This document shows, piece after piece, positions 35,182 to 44,819 of a stretch of DNA of 64,000 nucleotides (the first letter of the stretch is position 1; each line of letters starts with the position of its first letter). A program made the translations under genes and the position numbers. This stretch comes from an uncultured delta proteobacterium (lineage in GTDB: Bacteria; Desulfobacterota; Binatia; Binatales; Binataceae): assembly GCA_963711565.1 (NCBI GenBank), contig CAVQEQ010000003.1:736001-800000 (forward strand), in the 5' to 3' direction. Under the pieces are notes generated by a model. It did no database searches. It saw nothing but the letters and a program-made list of their open reading frames with translations, and was not told the origin of the DNA.

Positions 35182-37647
35182 CTAAATCAGCACCTTCGCT
35201 TCCTTCAACCGCGCGATTTCCTCTGCGTTGTATCCGAGCAGCTCGCTCATCACTTCATCCGTATGCTCGCCGACCATCGGCGCGCCGCGATAATCGAGAT
35301 CGATCGCGCTGAAGCGCGCCGGCAGTCCCGGCACGACGCGCTCGCCGACTTCGCCATGCTTCAAATTCACCATCATGCTCGATTCCGAGAAGACGGGATC
35401 ATTCATCAACTCCGGAGTGTTGTAGACGGGCCCCGCGGCGATGCCGCGCGCGCGCAGTTTCGTCACCAGCTCGTCGCGCTGATGAACGCGCGTGCGCGCC
35501 GCAACTTCGCGCTCGAGTTCCCCGACGTTGGCGAGCCGACCGTACAGCCGCGAGAACTTCGCATCCGTCGCCAGCGACGGCACGCCGAGCGTCTCGCACA
35601 GTTTCGCGAACTCGTCGTCGCCGGCAATCGCAATCGCGATCCATTTGTCGTCGCCCGCGGCCGGGAACACGCCATGCGGCGCCATCGACTCGTCGCGGTT
35701 CCCGATTGGCGCCTGGTCGCGCCCGTTCATCAGAAAATCCATCATCGCTTCCGGCAGCATCGTCGTGACCATCTCGGCCATCGACAAATCCAGATACTGC
35801 CCGTGGCCGGTGCGGTCGCGATAGTGCAGCGCCGCGAGCAGAAAAAACACCATGCCCGTGCCGACCGCGAAATCCGGCCACGTTCCGCCAATCCCGCACG
35901 GAAACGAATCGGGATAACCCGTGATATGGCACAGGCCGGCGAACGCCTGCGTGGTCGGCCCGAAGCCCACCGTCCGCGCGAACGGACCGTCCTGCCCGAG
36001 CGGAGTGCCGCTCAGCATGATGATGTCGGGTTTGATCTTGACCAGATCGTCGTAGGCGAGATTGTATTTCGCCATGTTGCCGACGGTGAAATTTTCGGTG
36101 ACGAAATCACACTGGCGAATCAGATTGCGCGCGATTTCCTGCCCCTCGGGCGTCGCAAGATTCAGCAGGAGACTGCGCCGCGAGGGATTGATCGCGTGGA
36201 AAACTCCGCTGCGGTTTGCGCCAATCGATCCGTCGGTGCCGGTCAGGAACCGCACCAGGTCAGGCGCGCCCGAGGTTTCTATTCGAATCACGTCGGCTCC
36301 CAGAGCGCCCAGCCACGCGGTCGCGTGCGGGACGGCGTAGATCCAACCGAAGTCCGCGACTCGAATTCCTTCCAACGGCCGCGTTCTTTTCAATTGATTC
36401 CTACCGGCGAAGCGATCATCACCTGCGGCTGCACGGCGTTGGAGTATTTTCTCGTTGTGCTCGCCGAGCCGCGGGGCTCCACGCACGATTCGCCATGGCG
36501 TGCGCGAGAATTTGCATGGCGCACCCGGCATCCGCACTTCGCGCGCCGCGGGATGGTCGATGTTGACGAAGAATTTGCGCGCTTTGTATTGCTCGTTGCC
36601 CGCGACCTCGGCCGGTGAATGCACCGGAAAGCACGGCACGTGTTCCGCTTGCGCCTTCTCGAATGCCTCAGTTCGTGTATTCGTAGATAGCCAGTCGATT
36701 ACCCCGGCTTCGATCGCGTCGATATTTTCGGTGCGGCCCAAATGAGTGGCGAACAACTCAGTGTCCATCCACGCGGGATTGCCCATCGCCTTCTTCGCGC
36801 TGCGCCAGAATCGATCGGTGGTGGCGCTGAAGCTCACCCATCCGTCCTTGCACGGATATAGCCACTGGGCGGCGGTTTTGCGGCGTATCAGCAGCCGTTG
36901 GAAAGAGGCGGAGTCGCGCACTTCGTGCGAGTAGAAACCGAGGTTGGGGCGAATCATGCTGACCATCGAAAGCCACTGCGCGACATCGACATGCTGCCCT
37001 GCGCCATTACTCTTTCGACTATACAGTGCGCACATCGCGGCGGCCGCCGCTGTATAGCCAGTCAAATAGTCAGATTGCCTGCCGCCGAGCTTCAGCGGCG
37101 GCTGAGTTTCGGGATCGGTCACCTGGTGCCACGGCGTTTCGTAACCGACTCCACTCATGTGCGTGGCGACCAGGTCGCCGCCGCGGATGTTGCGGTACGC
37201 CGACTCGGCGCCGAAAAACGTTATCGACACGACGATCAGTTTCGGAAATCGCGTCGTCAGCATGCGCCAATCGATTCCAAGCTGCTCGTTCACCTCGGGA
37301 CGGTTCGGATTGAAGACAATGTCCGCCGTCGCGAGCAGATCGAGCAGCAAGTCGCGCCCGCGCGGATTTTCCAGGTCGATCGTCACGCCGAGCTTGTTGG
37401 TATTTAGAAAAAGATGCAGCCCGCCGGTTTCGGGGTCGGGCATCTCGTCGCGAAACGGCCCGAGCGCGCGCTCCCTCGATCCTGTTCGCGGCGGCTCGAC
37501 CTTGACGACCTCGGCGCCGAAATCGGCGAACGACTTCGCCGCCATCGCCGCCGCCATGAACGGCATCGTGTCGAGACACGGCAGCTCGACGACCTTGAGA
37601 CCCTTGAGCGCACGCGGCGGCTCCTCGTACTGTTCAAAGCGCGCCAT
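35182..37647 (-). CDS. Tandem (two-domain) class III CoA-transferase, CaiB/BaiF family
   Basis: Two repeats: ADFGAEVVKVEPP...NTNK and GALGADVIRIE...NPSRRS, each ending in AP..GEH. Confidence 0.9.
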   Translation of the reverse strand: MARFEQYEEPPRALKGLKVVELPCLDTMPFMAAAMAAKSFADFGAEVVKVEPPRTGSRERALGPFRDEMPDPETGGLHLFLNTNKLGVTIDLENPRGRDLLLDLLATADIVFNPNRPEVNEQLGIDWRMLTTRFPKLIVVSITFFGAESAYRNIRGGDLVATHMSGVGYETPWHQVTDPETQPPLKLGGRQSDYLTGYTAAAAAMCALYSRKSNGAGQHVDVAQWLSMVSMIRPNLGFYSHEVRDSASFQRLLIRRKTAAQWLYPCKDGWVSFSATTDRFWRSAKKAMGNPAWMDTELFATHLGRTENIDAIEAGVIDWLSTNTRTEAFEKAQAEHVPCFPVHSPAEVAGNEQYKARKFFVNIDHPAAREVRMPGAPCKFSRTPWRIVRGAPRLGEHNEKILQRRAAAGDDRFAGRNQLKRTRPLEGIRVADFGWIYAVPHATAWLGALGADVIRIETSGAPDLVRFLTGTDGSIGANRSGVFHAINPSRRSLLLNLATPEGQEIARNLIRQCDFVTENFTVGNMAKYNLAYDDLVKIKPDIIMLSGTPLGQDGPFARTVGFGPTTQAFAGLCHITGYPDSFPCGIGGTWPDFAVGTGMVFFLLAALHYRDRTGHGQYLDLSMAEMVTTMLPEAMMDFLMNGRDQAPIGNRDESMAPHGVFPAAGDDKWIAIAIAGDDEFAKLCETLGVPSLATDAKFSRLYGRLANVGELEREVAARTRVHQRDELVTKLRARGIAAGPVYNTPELMNDPVFSESSMMVNLKHGEVGERVVPGLPARFSAIDLDYRGAPMVGEHTDEVMSELLGYNAEEIARLKEAKVLI

Positions 37648-37649
37648 CG

Positions 37650-38342
37650 CTACTCGGCAGTTTCCGTCTTCATGTTGTCGATCAGGTCGATCAGTTCCGC
37701 CATCGTGCGAATCACGTAGTCGGGTTTGAACGCCTGATGCGTTTGCAGATATTTGAACGACGCCGCGCCGGTTGCGACCGCGACTGATGCGCCGAAACCC
37801 GCTCCCAGAGCCGCCATGATGTCCCGAGGCTCGTCGCCAACGTACATGCACGCACGCGGAAGTACCGCGGCCTTCAGCGCGGTCTGCTTGAGGCTCTCGG
37901 TCTTGTCGAGCGCACGGAGCGAAGTGGTGGTCTGCGTGACGACCTGGTCCAGGTACGACGCAAGCCCGACCATCGCGAGCTTCTCGACCAGCCGCCGCGA
38001 ATCTCCGGGCCGGCTGGTGATCACGCCGGTCGCGTAGCCGCGCCGCTTCAACTCCGCCAGCGTATCCTGCACGTGCGGCAGCACCTCGAGCCGCTCGGTC
38101 TTGTCGATCTCCGCGAGGAAATACGCGTACGCGAGCTTCGCGTACTCAGGCCGCAGATGCTCGGGCACTCCCAGCCACACGTCATCGGCGGAAAGCGCCT
38201 CGCGAAATCGCTCATGCGTGAGTGGAGGATCGTACTTGAGCTCGTCGAGCGCGTTTTTCGCGGCGATATACAACGGGCCGTGGATATCGACCAGCGTGCC
38301 GTCGAGATCGAAAAAGATCGCCTTGAATTCGCGCGACGCCAA
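37650..38342 (-). CDS. HAD-family hydrolase (phosphatase)
   Basis: FDLDGTLVD motif I, ITS motif II and YVGDEPRD motif IV; TTG start. Confidence 0.88.
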   Translation of the reverse strand: MASREFKAIFFDLDGTLVDIHGPLYIAAKNALDELKYDPPLTHERFREALSADDVWLGVPEHLRPEYAKLAYAYFLAEIDKTERLEVLPHVQDTLAELKRRGYATGVITSRPGDSRRLVEKLAMVGLASYLDQVVTQTTTSLRALDKTESLKQTALKAAVLPRACMYVGDEPRDIMAALGAGFGASVAVATGAASFKYLQTHQAFKPDYVIRTMAELIDLIDNMKTETAE

Positions 38343-38368
38343 ATAAATTCTCCGGGCTTACCAACCGG

Positions 38369-38398
38369 AGTGTGCTGAGATGCGGCGCGAACTGTCAA
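38369..38398 (-). promoter_or_regulatory. Possible sigma70 promoter of the HAD-CoA transferase-menA operon
   Basis: Minus strand TTGACA-N18-CACACT. Confidence 0.4.
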
Positions 38399-38403
38399 GC
38401 GCG

Positions 38404-40542
38404 CTAGGAACGCGGCTGATACAACAGCAGGTACTCGCGCCGCCCACCGATCACTTTCTTGACGTAGTCGCGGGTCTCTTTGTACGCGATATTTTCAACC
38501 CACTCGTCATCGGGGCCGCCCGATTGCGCGATCCATTTAGAAACCGCATTCTCGCCCGCGTTGTACGCCGCGACCGCATGAAACGCGTCGCCGTTGAACA
38601 TCGCAAAGAGATTTCTTAGATATGCCGTCCCCAGCTCGACGTTCACCGACGGATCGTAAAGCCGAATCGCCTCGGGATCGATGCCGTTCTGCGATGCCAT
38701 CTTCTTCGCTGTCAACGGAATCAATTGCATCAGGCCGCGCGCGTTCGAACTCGATGTCGCCCTCGGATTAAACAGGCTCTCCTGCCGCGCCAGCGCCAGC
38801 ACCAGGTAAGGATCGAGCGCGAGCCGCGTCGACGCCGACTGAAAAAGATCCCAGTATGCGCGCGGATAGCGCACACGCTCGGCCACGTCGTGGCTCATCT
38901 GACCGTTTTTTTCCATGTGCGTCGCCGCGACGATCGCATCATACCACGCATCGGCGCTCGCGAATCCCGCCAGCACGAAACGCCGCATCTCAATTGTGCC
39001 GCCCGCACTATCCTCGAGCGCCTTCAGCTCCCCCGGCTCGAGCTCCTTCAGTCCCAATGCGCGCAGCGTTTGCAGCCGCGCCATGTGGTACTCGGCGACT
39101 CCGGTAACGGCAGGCGTTGCGCCGAATTGAGGATCGGGCGCCGACGCGGCGGCCAGGTCCGGACTGGCAGCCGCGACGCGACGGCTCGCGAGCTCGGGAT
39201 AGTAGTTAGTGTCGGTGCTGTCGGCGAGTCTCTCAAAAATCGCGCGCGCAGCAGTTACATCGCCGGCCTTCTCCAACGCGCGCGCATGCCAGTACTCGCA
39301 CATATCGCGATTGGTCAGATCCTTCGCGCGCGCGCCGGCGCTCTGGAAGCCGTCGGCCGCGATCCGGTAGTTCCGCGCCAGGTACAACGTCCACGGTATT
39401 CGGAACCGCGCGTCTTCGGCGGCGTCGCTGCCGGGATAGCGCGCCGCCAGCCGCCGATACTGCGCGCGGGCGGAATCGAACTGATGCTGTTCCTCGAAGA
39501 TTCTGCCGACGCGCAGCATCGCTCCGGGCGCGAGTTCGCTGGCCGGAAAATTGGCGACGAGCCGGTCGAACGTCGCGCGCGCGAGATTGTCCTGATCGTC
39601 GTGCCAGTAAATCAGCGCCAGCGCTTCAAGCGCGGCCGCCGCGTCCGGTCCGCGCGGCGCAATTTGCAGGTACTCGAGTATCGCGCGCCTTGCGCGATCA
39701 GGCTCCGGCTTGAGCGCGCGCGCCGTCACCCACACCAGTTCGGCGCGAACCGCCGGCTCGGGGCCCATCGCGAGTCCCGCGCTCGCCTGCTCTTCCGCCT
39801 GCGCCAGGGCGCCCTCGCGCAGCAGCAACTCGGATTCTTCGCGATGGTACGCGAGCGAGTTGGTGTCGGCAACGTCGGGATTTGACGCGAGGATCGATCG
39901 AGTGAGAGCGCGCGCATCGGCATCCGAGTCCGAATGCGGATACTTGTCGCGCAATTCCATCAACTGCGCGTAGGCTGACTTCGGATTTCCGAGCGCGATT
40001 AGCGCGCGCGCTTCTGTTATCTGCGCGCTCTGCTCGATCGACGCTTCCGGCCCTCGCGCGATCAGCCGCGACGCGACCGCCGCCGCCTCGGCGTTGCGGC
40101 CCAGCTTCAGCAGATTGTCCGCCAGCATCATCTCGCCGCCATCGATCGTCACGCTGTCCGGATACAACCTGACCAGCCGATCGAGCGTGTCTGCCGAGGC
40201 GTTCAGGTCGCCCTGGTCGTGCTCAGCCAGCGCAAGGTAATAGAGCGCGTAGTCGCCGAGCGGTGGAAAATTATCCGCGGCGAATTTCAGTTGCTCGATC
40301 GCGCGCGCATTGTCGTGGTTCTGATACGCGCGATAGCCGTCGAGGAACGCGGTTTGCCCGTCGGTCGGCGGTACGAGCGGCGCCGCTCCAGGAGCAGCCG
40401 GCGTCACGGACCCGGTTTGAGCCGATGGCGCAGCCTGCGATGCGGCAGCCGAATCCGCCCGCGCCGGCCCCGACGCGCATCCCGCCAGCACCGACCCACA
40501 TAGAATCATCGCCGCGCCATCCGACCACCATTTCGCTTTCAT
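38404..40542 (-). CDS. slt: Slt70-like lytic transglycosylase lipoprotein with TPR repeats
   Basis: Lipobox LAGC, TPR-like helices, RQESLF, ARGLMQL, AAYNAG and ETRDYVKKV. Confidence 0.92.
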   Translation of the reverse strand: MKAKWWSDGAAMILCGSVLAGCASGPARADSAAASQAAPSAQTGSVTPAAPGAAPLVPPTDGQTAFLDGYRAYQNHDNARAIEQLKFAADNFPPLGDYALYYLALAEHDQGDLNASADTLDRLVRLYPDSVTIDGGEMMLADNLLKLGRNAEAAAVASRLIARGPEASIEQSAQITEARALIALGNPKSAYAQLMELRDKYPHSDSDADARALTRSILASNPDVADTNSLAYHREESELLLREGALAQAEEQASAGLAMGPEPAVRAELVWVTARALKPEPDRARRAILEYLQIAPRGPDAAAALEALALIYWHDDQDNLARATFDRLVANFPASELAPGAMLRVGRIFEEQHQFDSARAQYRRLAARYPGSDAAEDARFRIPWTLYLARNYRIAADGFQSAGARAKDLTNRDMCEYWHARALEKAGDVTAARAIFERLADSTDTNYYPELASRRVAAASPDLAAASAPDPQFGATPAVTGVAEYHMARLQTLRALGLKELEPGELKALEDSAGGTIEMRRFVLAGFASADAWYDAIVAATHMEKNGQMSHDVAERVRYPRAYWDLFQSASTRLALDPYLVLALARQESLFNPRATSSSNARGLMQLIPLTAKKMASQNGIDPEAIRLYDPSVNVELGTAYLRNLFAMFNGDAFHAVAAYNAGENAVSKWIAQSGGPDDEWVENIAYKETRDYVKKVIGGRREYLLLYQPRS

Positions 40543-40601
40543 CCGATCTGGGTTAGCGCATGGTAAGCGCGGCTTCAATTGGGTATCACTTCTTTCTGGC
40601 T

Positions 40602-41192
40602 ATGAAGAAAATGCCGGATTCAATCAAAGTGATTCTCGCGTCGGCATCGCCGCGACGGCATCAACTGCTGGGCGCTGCACGAATTGAGTTCGAAGTTGTC
40701 GAGAGCATGATGCCCGAGGAGCACGTCGCGGGCGAGCCGCCGCGCGTCTACGCGTTGCGGATGGCGCGCGACAAGGCCATCGCGGTTTCATCGCGGTTCC
40801 CCGATGCGATTGTCATCGGCGCCGACACGATCGTCGTGTGCGAGGCTCAAATTCTGGAAAAACCCACCGACGCCGACGATGCGCGCCGAATGCTCACGAT
40901 GCTCTCCTCGCGCACGCACACGGTCGTGACAGCTTTTGCATTAGCGCGCGGTGGAGAGATCCTGGAGAGTTCGCCAATCGAGAGCCGCGTCACGTTTCGC
41001 AGACTCACCGACGCGGAAATCGACGATTACATCGCCACCGACGAGCCGTTCGACAAGGCCGGCGCCTACGGAATCCAGGGCATCGGCGGCGGATTTATCG
41101 CGCACGTCGAAGGTTCGCGCGACAACGTGATGGGGCTGCCGACCGAGCGCGTCGTCGCGGCGCTCGCAAGATATGGCGTGAAGCCGGTCTAG
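40602..41192 (+). CDS. maf: Maf nucleoside-triphosphate pyrophosphatase
   Basis: ILASASPRR, GADTIV, EKP, DKAGAYGIQG and NVMGLP motifs. Confidence 0.95.
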   Translation: MKKMPDSIKVILASASPRRHQLLGAARIEFEVVESMMPEEHVAGEPPRVYALRMARDKAIAVSSRFPDAIVIGADTIVVCEAQILEKPTDADDARRMLTMLSSRTHTVVTAFALARGGEILESSPIESRVTFRRLTDAEIDDYIATDEPFDKAGAYGIQGIGGGFIAHVEGSRDNVMGLPTERVVAALARYGVKPV

Positions 41193-41197
41193 CGAAG

Positions 41198-41884
41198 ATG
41201 TCGACTCGGCATGAAATCGCGGAGCGGCTCGAGATCGTGCGGGCACGGATCGGCGCGGCTGCATACAAGGCGAGACGCGATGCGTCGTCGATTCGGCTCG
41301 TGCTCGCGAGCAAGACGCAGCCGACTGACGCGATTCGCGCCGCGGCGGAGGCGGGCGCGCGCGACTTCGGCGAGAACTACGTGCAGGAGGCAATCGCGAA
41401 GCGCGCGGAGCTGGCGGACTTGACCGAAATTCGATGGCATCTTATCGGCCATCTGCAGACCAACAAGGCGAAGACCGCCGCGAGCGCTTTCAGTCTAATC
41501 CACAGCGTCGATTCCGTTCGCCTGGCCGAGGCTCTCGCGCGCGCGCAACCTTCGCCGCGCGTCCACGCGCTCGTCGAGGTGAATCTCGGCGCCGAGGCGA
41601 GCAAGAGCGGCGTGGCGCCGGAGGGAGTCGCCGCGATCCTCGACGCCGCGCGTGGCAAGCTCGAAATCGATGGCTTGATGACGATTCCGCCGCCCTCCCC
41701 ACGCGCCGAGGCCGCACGTCCGTACTTCGCACGACTGCGCGAGCTGCGCAACGTCCTTGCGATGCAATCCGGCTATGCGCTAAGCGAACTCTCGATGGGA
41801 ATGTCGGACGACTTTGAAGTGGCGATCGAAGAAGGCGCGACAATAGTTCGGATTGGACGCGCGGTCTTCGGCGAACGCGCATGA
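41198..41884 (+). CDS. yggS: YggS/PLP homeostasis protein
   Basis: FGENYVQE, WHLIGHLQTNK, GLMTIP, LSMGMSDD and VRIGRAVFG motifs. Confidence 0.95.
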   Translation: MSTRHEIAERLEIVRARIGAAAYKARRDASSIRLVLASKTQPTDAIRAAAEAGARDFGENYVQEAIAKRAELADLTEIRWHLIGHLQTNKAKTAASAFSLIHSVDSVRLAEALARAQPSPRVHALVEVNLGAEASKSGVAPEGVAAILDAARGKLEIDGLMTIPPPSPRAEAARPYFARLRELRNVLAMQSGYALSELSMGMSDDFEVAIEEGATIVRIGRAVFGERA

Positions 41885-42720
41885 AAACACTCGGATTCAT
41901 CGGCGGCGGCAACATGGCCGAGGCGCTCGCCCACGGCCTTATCCAGCACAAGGTTTTCAAGCCTGCCGACATAATAGTGTCCGACGTCGAGGCCGAACGC
42001 CGCCGCAAACTCGCCCGCGCGCTCAAAGTCTCGACGACCGACGACAATCTCGAAGTTCTGCGCGAGTCCGCCGCCGTCCTGCTCGCCGTCAAGCCGCAGA
42101 TAATCGACATTGTGATGAAGGAACTCGCGGCCGAACTTGCGAAGCCCGGCAAAAAAGCGGCCGGCAAGGGCAAGCTGTTTATTTCGATTGCGGCCGGCAT
42201 CACGATCGAGCGCCTGAGCCGCGGTCTGGGCAAGCGCGCGCGAGTGATCCGCGTGATGCCGAATGCGCCAGCGATGGTTGGCCACGGGATGGCCGCAATG
42301 GTGCGCGCGCGAACTGCGTCTGCAGCCGATGAAGCGTTCGCGCTGAAGATTTTCAACGCGGTCGGCGACGCCGTCGCGCTCAAGGACGAAAAACTGCTCA
42401 ACGTCGTCACCGCGCTGTCGGGCAGCGGCCCCGCTTACGTTTACCTGTTCGCCAAGGCGATGGCGGATGCGGCGGTGAGCGAGGGAATCCCGCGCGAACT
42501 TGCCATCCGCATGGCGCTGAAGACGATTCGCGGCGCCGAGCACCTGATGCGCGAGTCGAAGCGCGAGGTCGCCGACTTGATTCGCGCCGTCGCTTCGCCC
42601 GGCGGCACGACCGAGGCCGCACTTCGTCGATTCGCCGAGCATGGTTTTTCTGATATCGTTGCCGCCGCACTGCACGCCGCCAGCGATCGCTCGCGCGCGC
42701 TCGGCCGCGGAGTCAACTAG
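41881..42720 (+). CDS. proC: Pyrroline-5-carboxylate reductase
   Basis: GFIGGGNMA, LAVKPQ, RVMPN, SGSGPAY and SPGGTT motifs. Confidence 0.96.
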   Translation: MKTLGFIGGGNMAEALAHGLIQHKVFKPADIIVSDVEAERRRKLARALKVSTTDDNLEVLRESAAVLLAVKPQIIDIVMKELAAELAKPGKKAAGKGKLFISIAAGITIERLSRGLGKRARVIRVMPNAPAMVGHGMAAMVRARTASAADEAFALKIFNAVGDAVALKDEKLLNVVTALSGSGPAYVYLFAKAMADAAVSEGIPRELAIRMALKTIRGAEHLMRESKREVADLIRAVASPGGTTEAALRRFAEHGFSDIVAAALHAASDRSRALGRGVN

Positions 42721-42735
42721 CGAGAGCGTTATCGC

Positions 42736-43038
42736 GTGTACGCCTGGACCAACCTGATTATCTTCATCGCGCAGACCCTTGACGGTCTGCTGACGCTCTA
42801 CTTGTACGTCGTGATCATCGCGGCGTTGATGACGTGGATCGAGCCGAATCCGTACAATCCGATCGTCCGCTTTCTCTATTCGGTGACGGAGCCGGTCTTC
42901 CAATGGTTCCGCGAGCACATCCCGGTGGTGATGGGCGGGATCGATTTTTCGCCGCTGATCGTGATCATCGGCATTCAGCTAATCCAGCGAGTCGTCATAC
43001 CGAGCGCGGTGCATCTGCTGATTCCCGCCTACACGTGA
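42736..43038 (+). CDS. yggT: YggT family membrane protein
   Basis: PNPYNPIVRFL..VTEP and GGIDFSP motifs; follows proC. Confidence 0.92.
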   Translation: MYAWTNLIIFIAQTLDGLLTLYLYVVIIAALMTWIEPNPYNPIVRFLYSVTEPVFQWFREHIPVVMGGIDFSPLIVIIGIQLIQRVVIPSAVHLLIPAYT

Positions 43039-43370
43039 GTCGGGGCGGAAATCCGCCGGCGTCCGACCCGCCCTGGATGCGAGTGTCCATTGACGAAGTG
43101 ATAATCGAGGTGACTGCGCGGCCGGGCACGTCGCGTCGCGGCGTAATCGGTGCGAGTGGCGATCGTCTGACAATCGGCGTCAATTCAAGACCGGAAAAGG
43201 GAAAGGCGAACGACGAACTGATCGAGTATCTCGCCCGCGAAATGCGCGTACCGCGCTCAGCCTTGCTGATTGTTCGCGGCGAAACCTCGCGCCGCAAAAC
43301 AATCCGAATCATCACGCACGAACCCACCAGGGTCGCATCGCGACTGCGGCAAATGAGCAAACCCAAGTAG
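43035..43370 (+). CDS. yggU: DUF167/YggU family protein
   Basis: PEKGKANDEL and GETSRRK motifs. GTG overlaps the yggT stop. Confidence 0.88.
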   Translation: MSRGGNPPASDPPWMRVSIDEVIIEVTARPGTSRRGVIGASGDRLTIGVNSRPEKGKANDELIEYLAREMRVPRSALLIVRGETSRRKTIRIITHEPTRVASRLRQMSKPK

Positions 43371-43391
43371 CGTGTGCCGACGCACCAAAAC

Positions 43392-44012
43392 TCAGTGCCC
43401 GCCCGTGTGTGTCGAATCGGGATCGAAGAACAGTGGTCCTCCGACCGGCAGCTCGGCGCACGCTGACGAGTCCCCCTGACCTGCCTGGGTAACGAACGAA
43501 TCCTCGGTCTTCTCCATCGGACAAGTGCATTCGGCCAGCTCGACTCCATTCTCGGTGCCGCCGCGCGTGCACTGCCAATTCCAACATTGTGAGAACGAAT
43601 CCTGCGACGGGCAGACCTGCATGATCGAAGTCGCCTCCTGCCAGGTGCCGTCGATCAGCTGCGGGAAAGAATCGGCGAACTCGAAGGTCGAGTAGACGAT
43701 GTCCGGATTGGACGACGTGCAACTACCTTTCATATTGCCGCCATTGAGGTCGGCGATATTGTCGCCCACGATGATCGGACACTCGCACGACACGGCTTTG
43801 TGCTTCGTGCCCTGGTTGTCCTTGATAGAACCTCCAGTGGCAGTGCATGTGGACGCCGCGCACAACGCAAACTCGGTATCCTGACAAATTGTTAGTTGAC
43901 GCCCCTTTGGCCGCTTCGCCGCCGCGCGCGCCGGACCTGACGTGAAGAACAACGTGGCGCAGACGAGCGCCATCACTGTGAGAGGAAATACTCGCGCATC
44001 AGTGCTCGTCAC
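43392..44012 (-). CDS. Secreted Cys-rich protein with two 6-Cys repeats, function unknown
   Basis: Signal peptide (ARA/A), 12 mature Cys, SD GGGAGG and GTG start. Confidence 0.72.
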   Translation of the reverse strand: MTSTDARVFPLTVMALVCATLFFTSGPARAAAKRPKGRQLTICQDTEFALCAASTCTATGGSIKDNQGTKHKAVSCECPIIVGDNIADLNGGNMKGSCTSSNPDIVYSTFEFADSFPQLIDGTWQEATSIMQVCPSQDSFSQCWNWQCTRGGTENGVELAECTCPMEKTEDSFVTQAGQGDSSACAELPVGGPLFFDPDSTHTGGH

Positions 44013-44045
44013 TAGAGGCCTCCCGATATTGCCGTGCGAGGTATG

Positions 44046-44061
44046 AGCAGAGGACGTGCCA
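44046..44061 (-). promoter_or_regulatory. Sigma54 (-24/-12) promoter
   Basis: Minus strand TGGCACGTCCTCTGCT versus consensus TGGCACGNNNNTTGCW, one mismatch. It lies about 35 nt upstream of the 44012 start. Confidence 0.65.
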
Positions 44062-44350
44062 GATCAGATTGCGTGCTTAAGTTGGCGACCTTGCGCAGGC
44101 GTGCGATCGAATTACAGCTTCGCGATCTCGCGTCGCCCGATGGGACATCGAACGACACATCGCATCAAAGGCGGATCCAATGTTTGAAGTGCCGTGCCCA
44201 AATGCAAATCAGCAATCCAAAACTGCGATTGCCAGCAAATCCGAGGCGAATCGAAGGCGAATGATCCGCGATTCGGTTGACTGCGTTGCGTTTCGTGGTT
44301 ACTTAGGGGGAAGAGGGTGCAGGTTTTCGATTAGCAGCCTCCGGTTTGCG

Positions 44351-44740
44351 ATGCCAATTTACGAGTACAAGTGCAACAAATGCGGCGTGTTCGAGGCGAT
44401 GCAGGGGATCAAGGAAGCGCCGCTCAAAAAATGCCCGACCTGCAAAAGTAAGGTCGAGCGGCAGATGTCGCGCGGCTCGTTCATCCTGAAGGGCAGCGGA
44501 TGGTACGCGACCGACTACGCCAAAAAGAGCACCCCGAGCAGCCCGGAGTCGGATTCATCATCGACGCCGGCAACGCCCGCGACTAACGGCAGCACAGCGT
44601 CGTCGAGCGATACGTCATCGAAGCCGGCCTCCGAATCAAGGCCGGCGACAGAATCCAAGCCGTCGTCATCTGAATCGAAGACGTCCTCGCGCTCCAAATC
44701 CTCGTCCGAAAAGTCTGTCTCGGCCAAGGCCGCCGACTGA
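44351..44740 (+). CDS. FmdB-family zinc-ribbon protein with Ser-rich tail
   Basis: [16 protein letters not shown] and [13 protein letters not shown] motifs. Confidence 0.92.
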   Translation: MPIYEYKCNKCGVFEAMQGIKEAPLKKCPTCKSKVERQMSRGSFILKGSGWYATDYAKKSTPSSPESDSSSTPATPATNGSTASSSDTSSKPASESRPATESKPSSSESKTSSRSKSSSEKSVSAKAAD

Positions 44741-44774
44741 CTCTACCTCCGCAACTAAATAATCAAGTGCGTCG

Positions 44775-44809
44775 AGCCGTGGGGTAGAGAGCCCGCGGCT
44801 TTTTTGTTT
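44775..44809 (+). terminator. Rho-independent terminator after the FmdB-like gene
   Basis: Stem AGCCGTGGG/CCCGCGGCT followed by TTTTTGTTT. Confidence 0.7.
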
Positions 44810-44819
44810 GAATCGGGCG

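Noticed and set aside
43035-43038. Absence of divIVA between yggT and yggU
   Set aside because: Patchy presence is common and uninformative without the rest of the genome.
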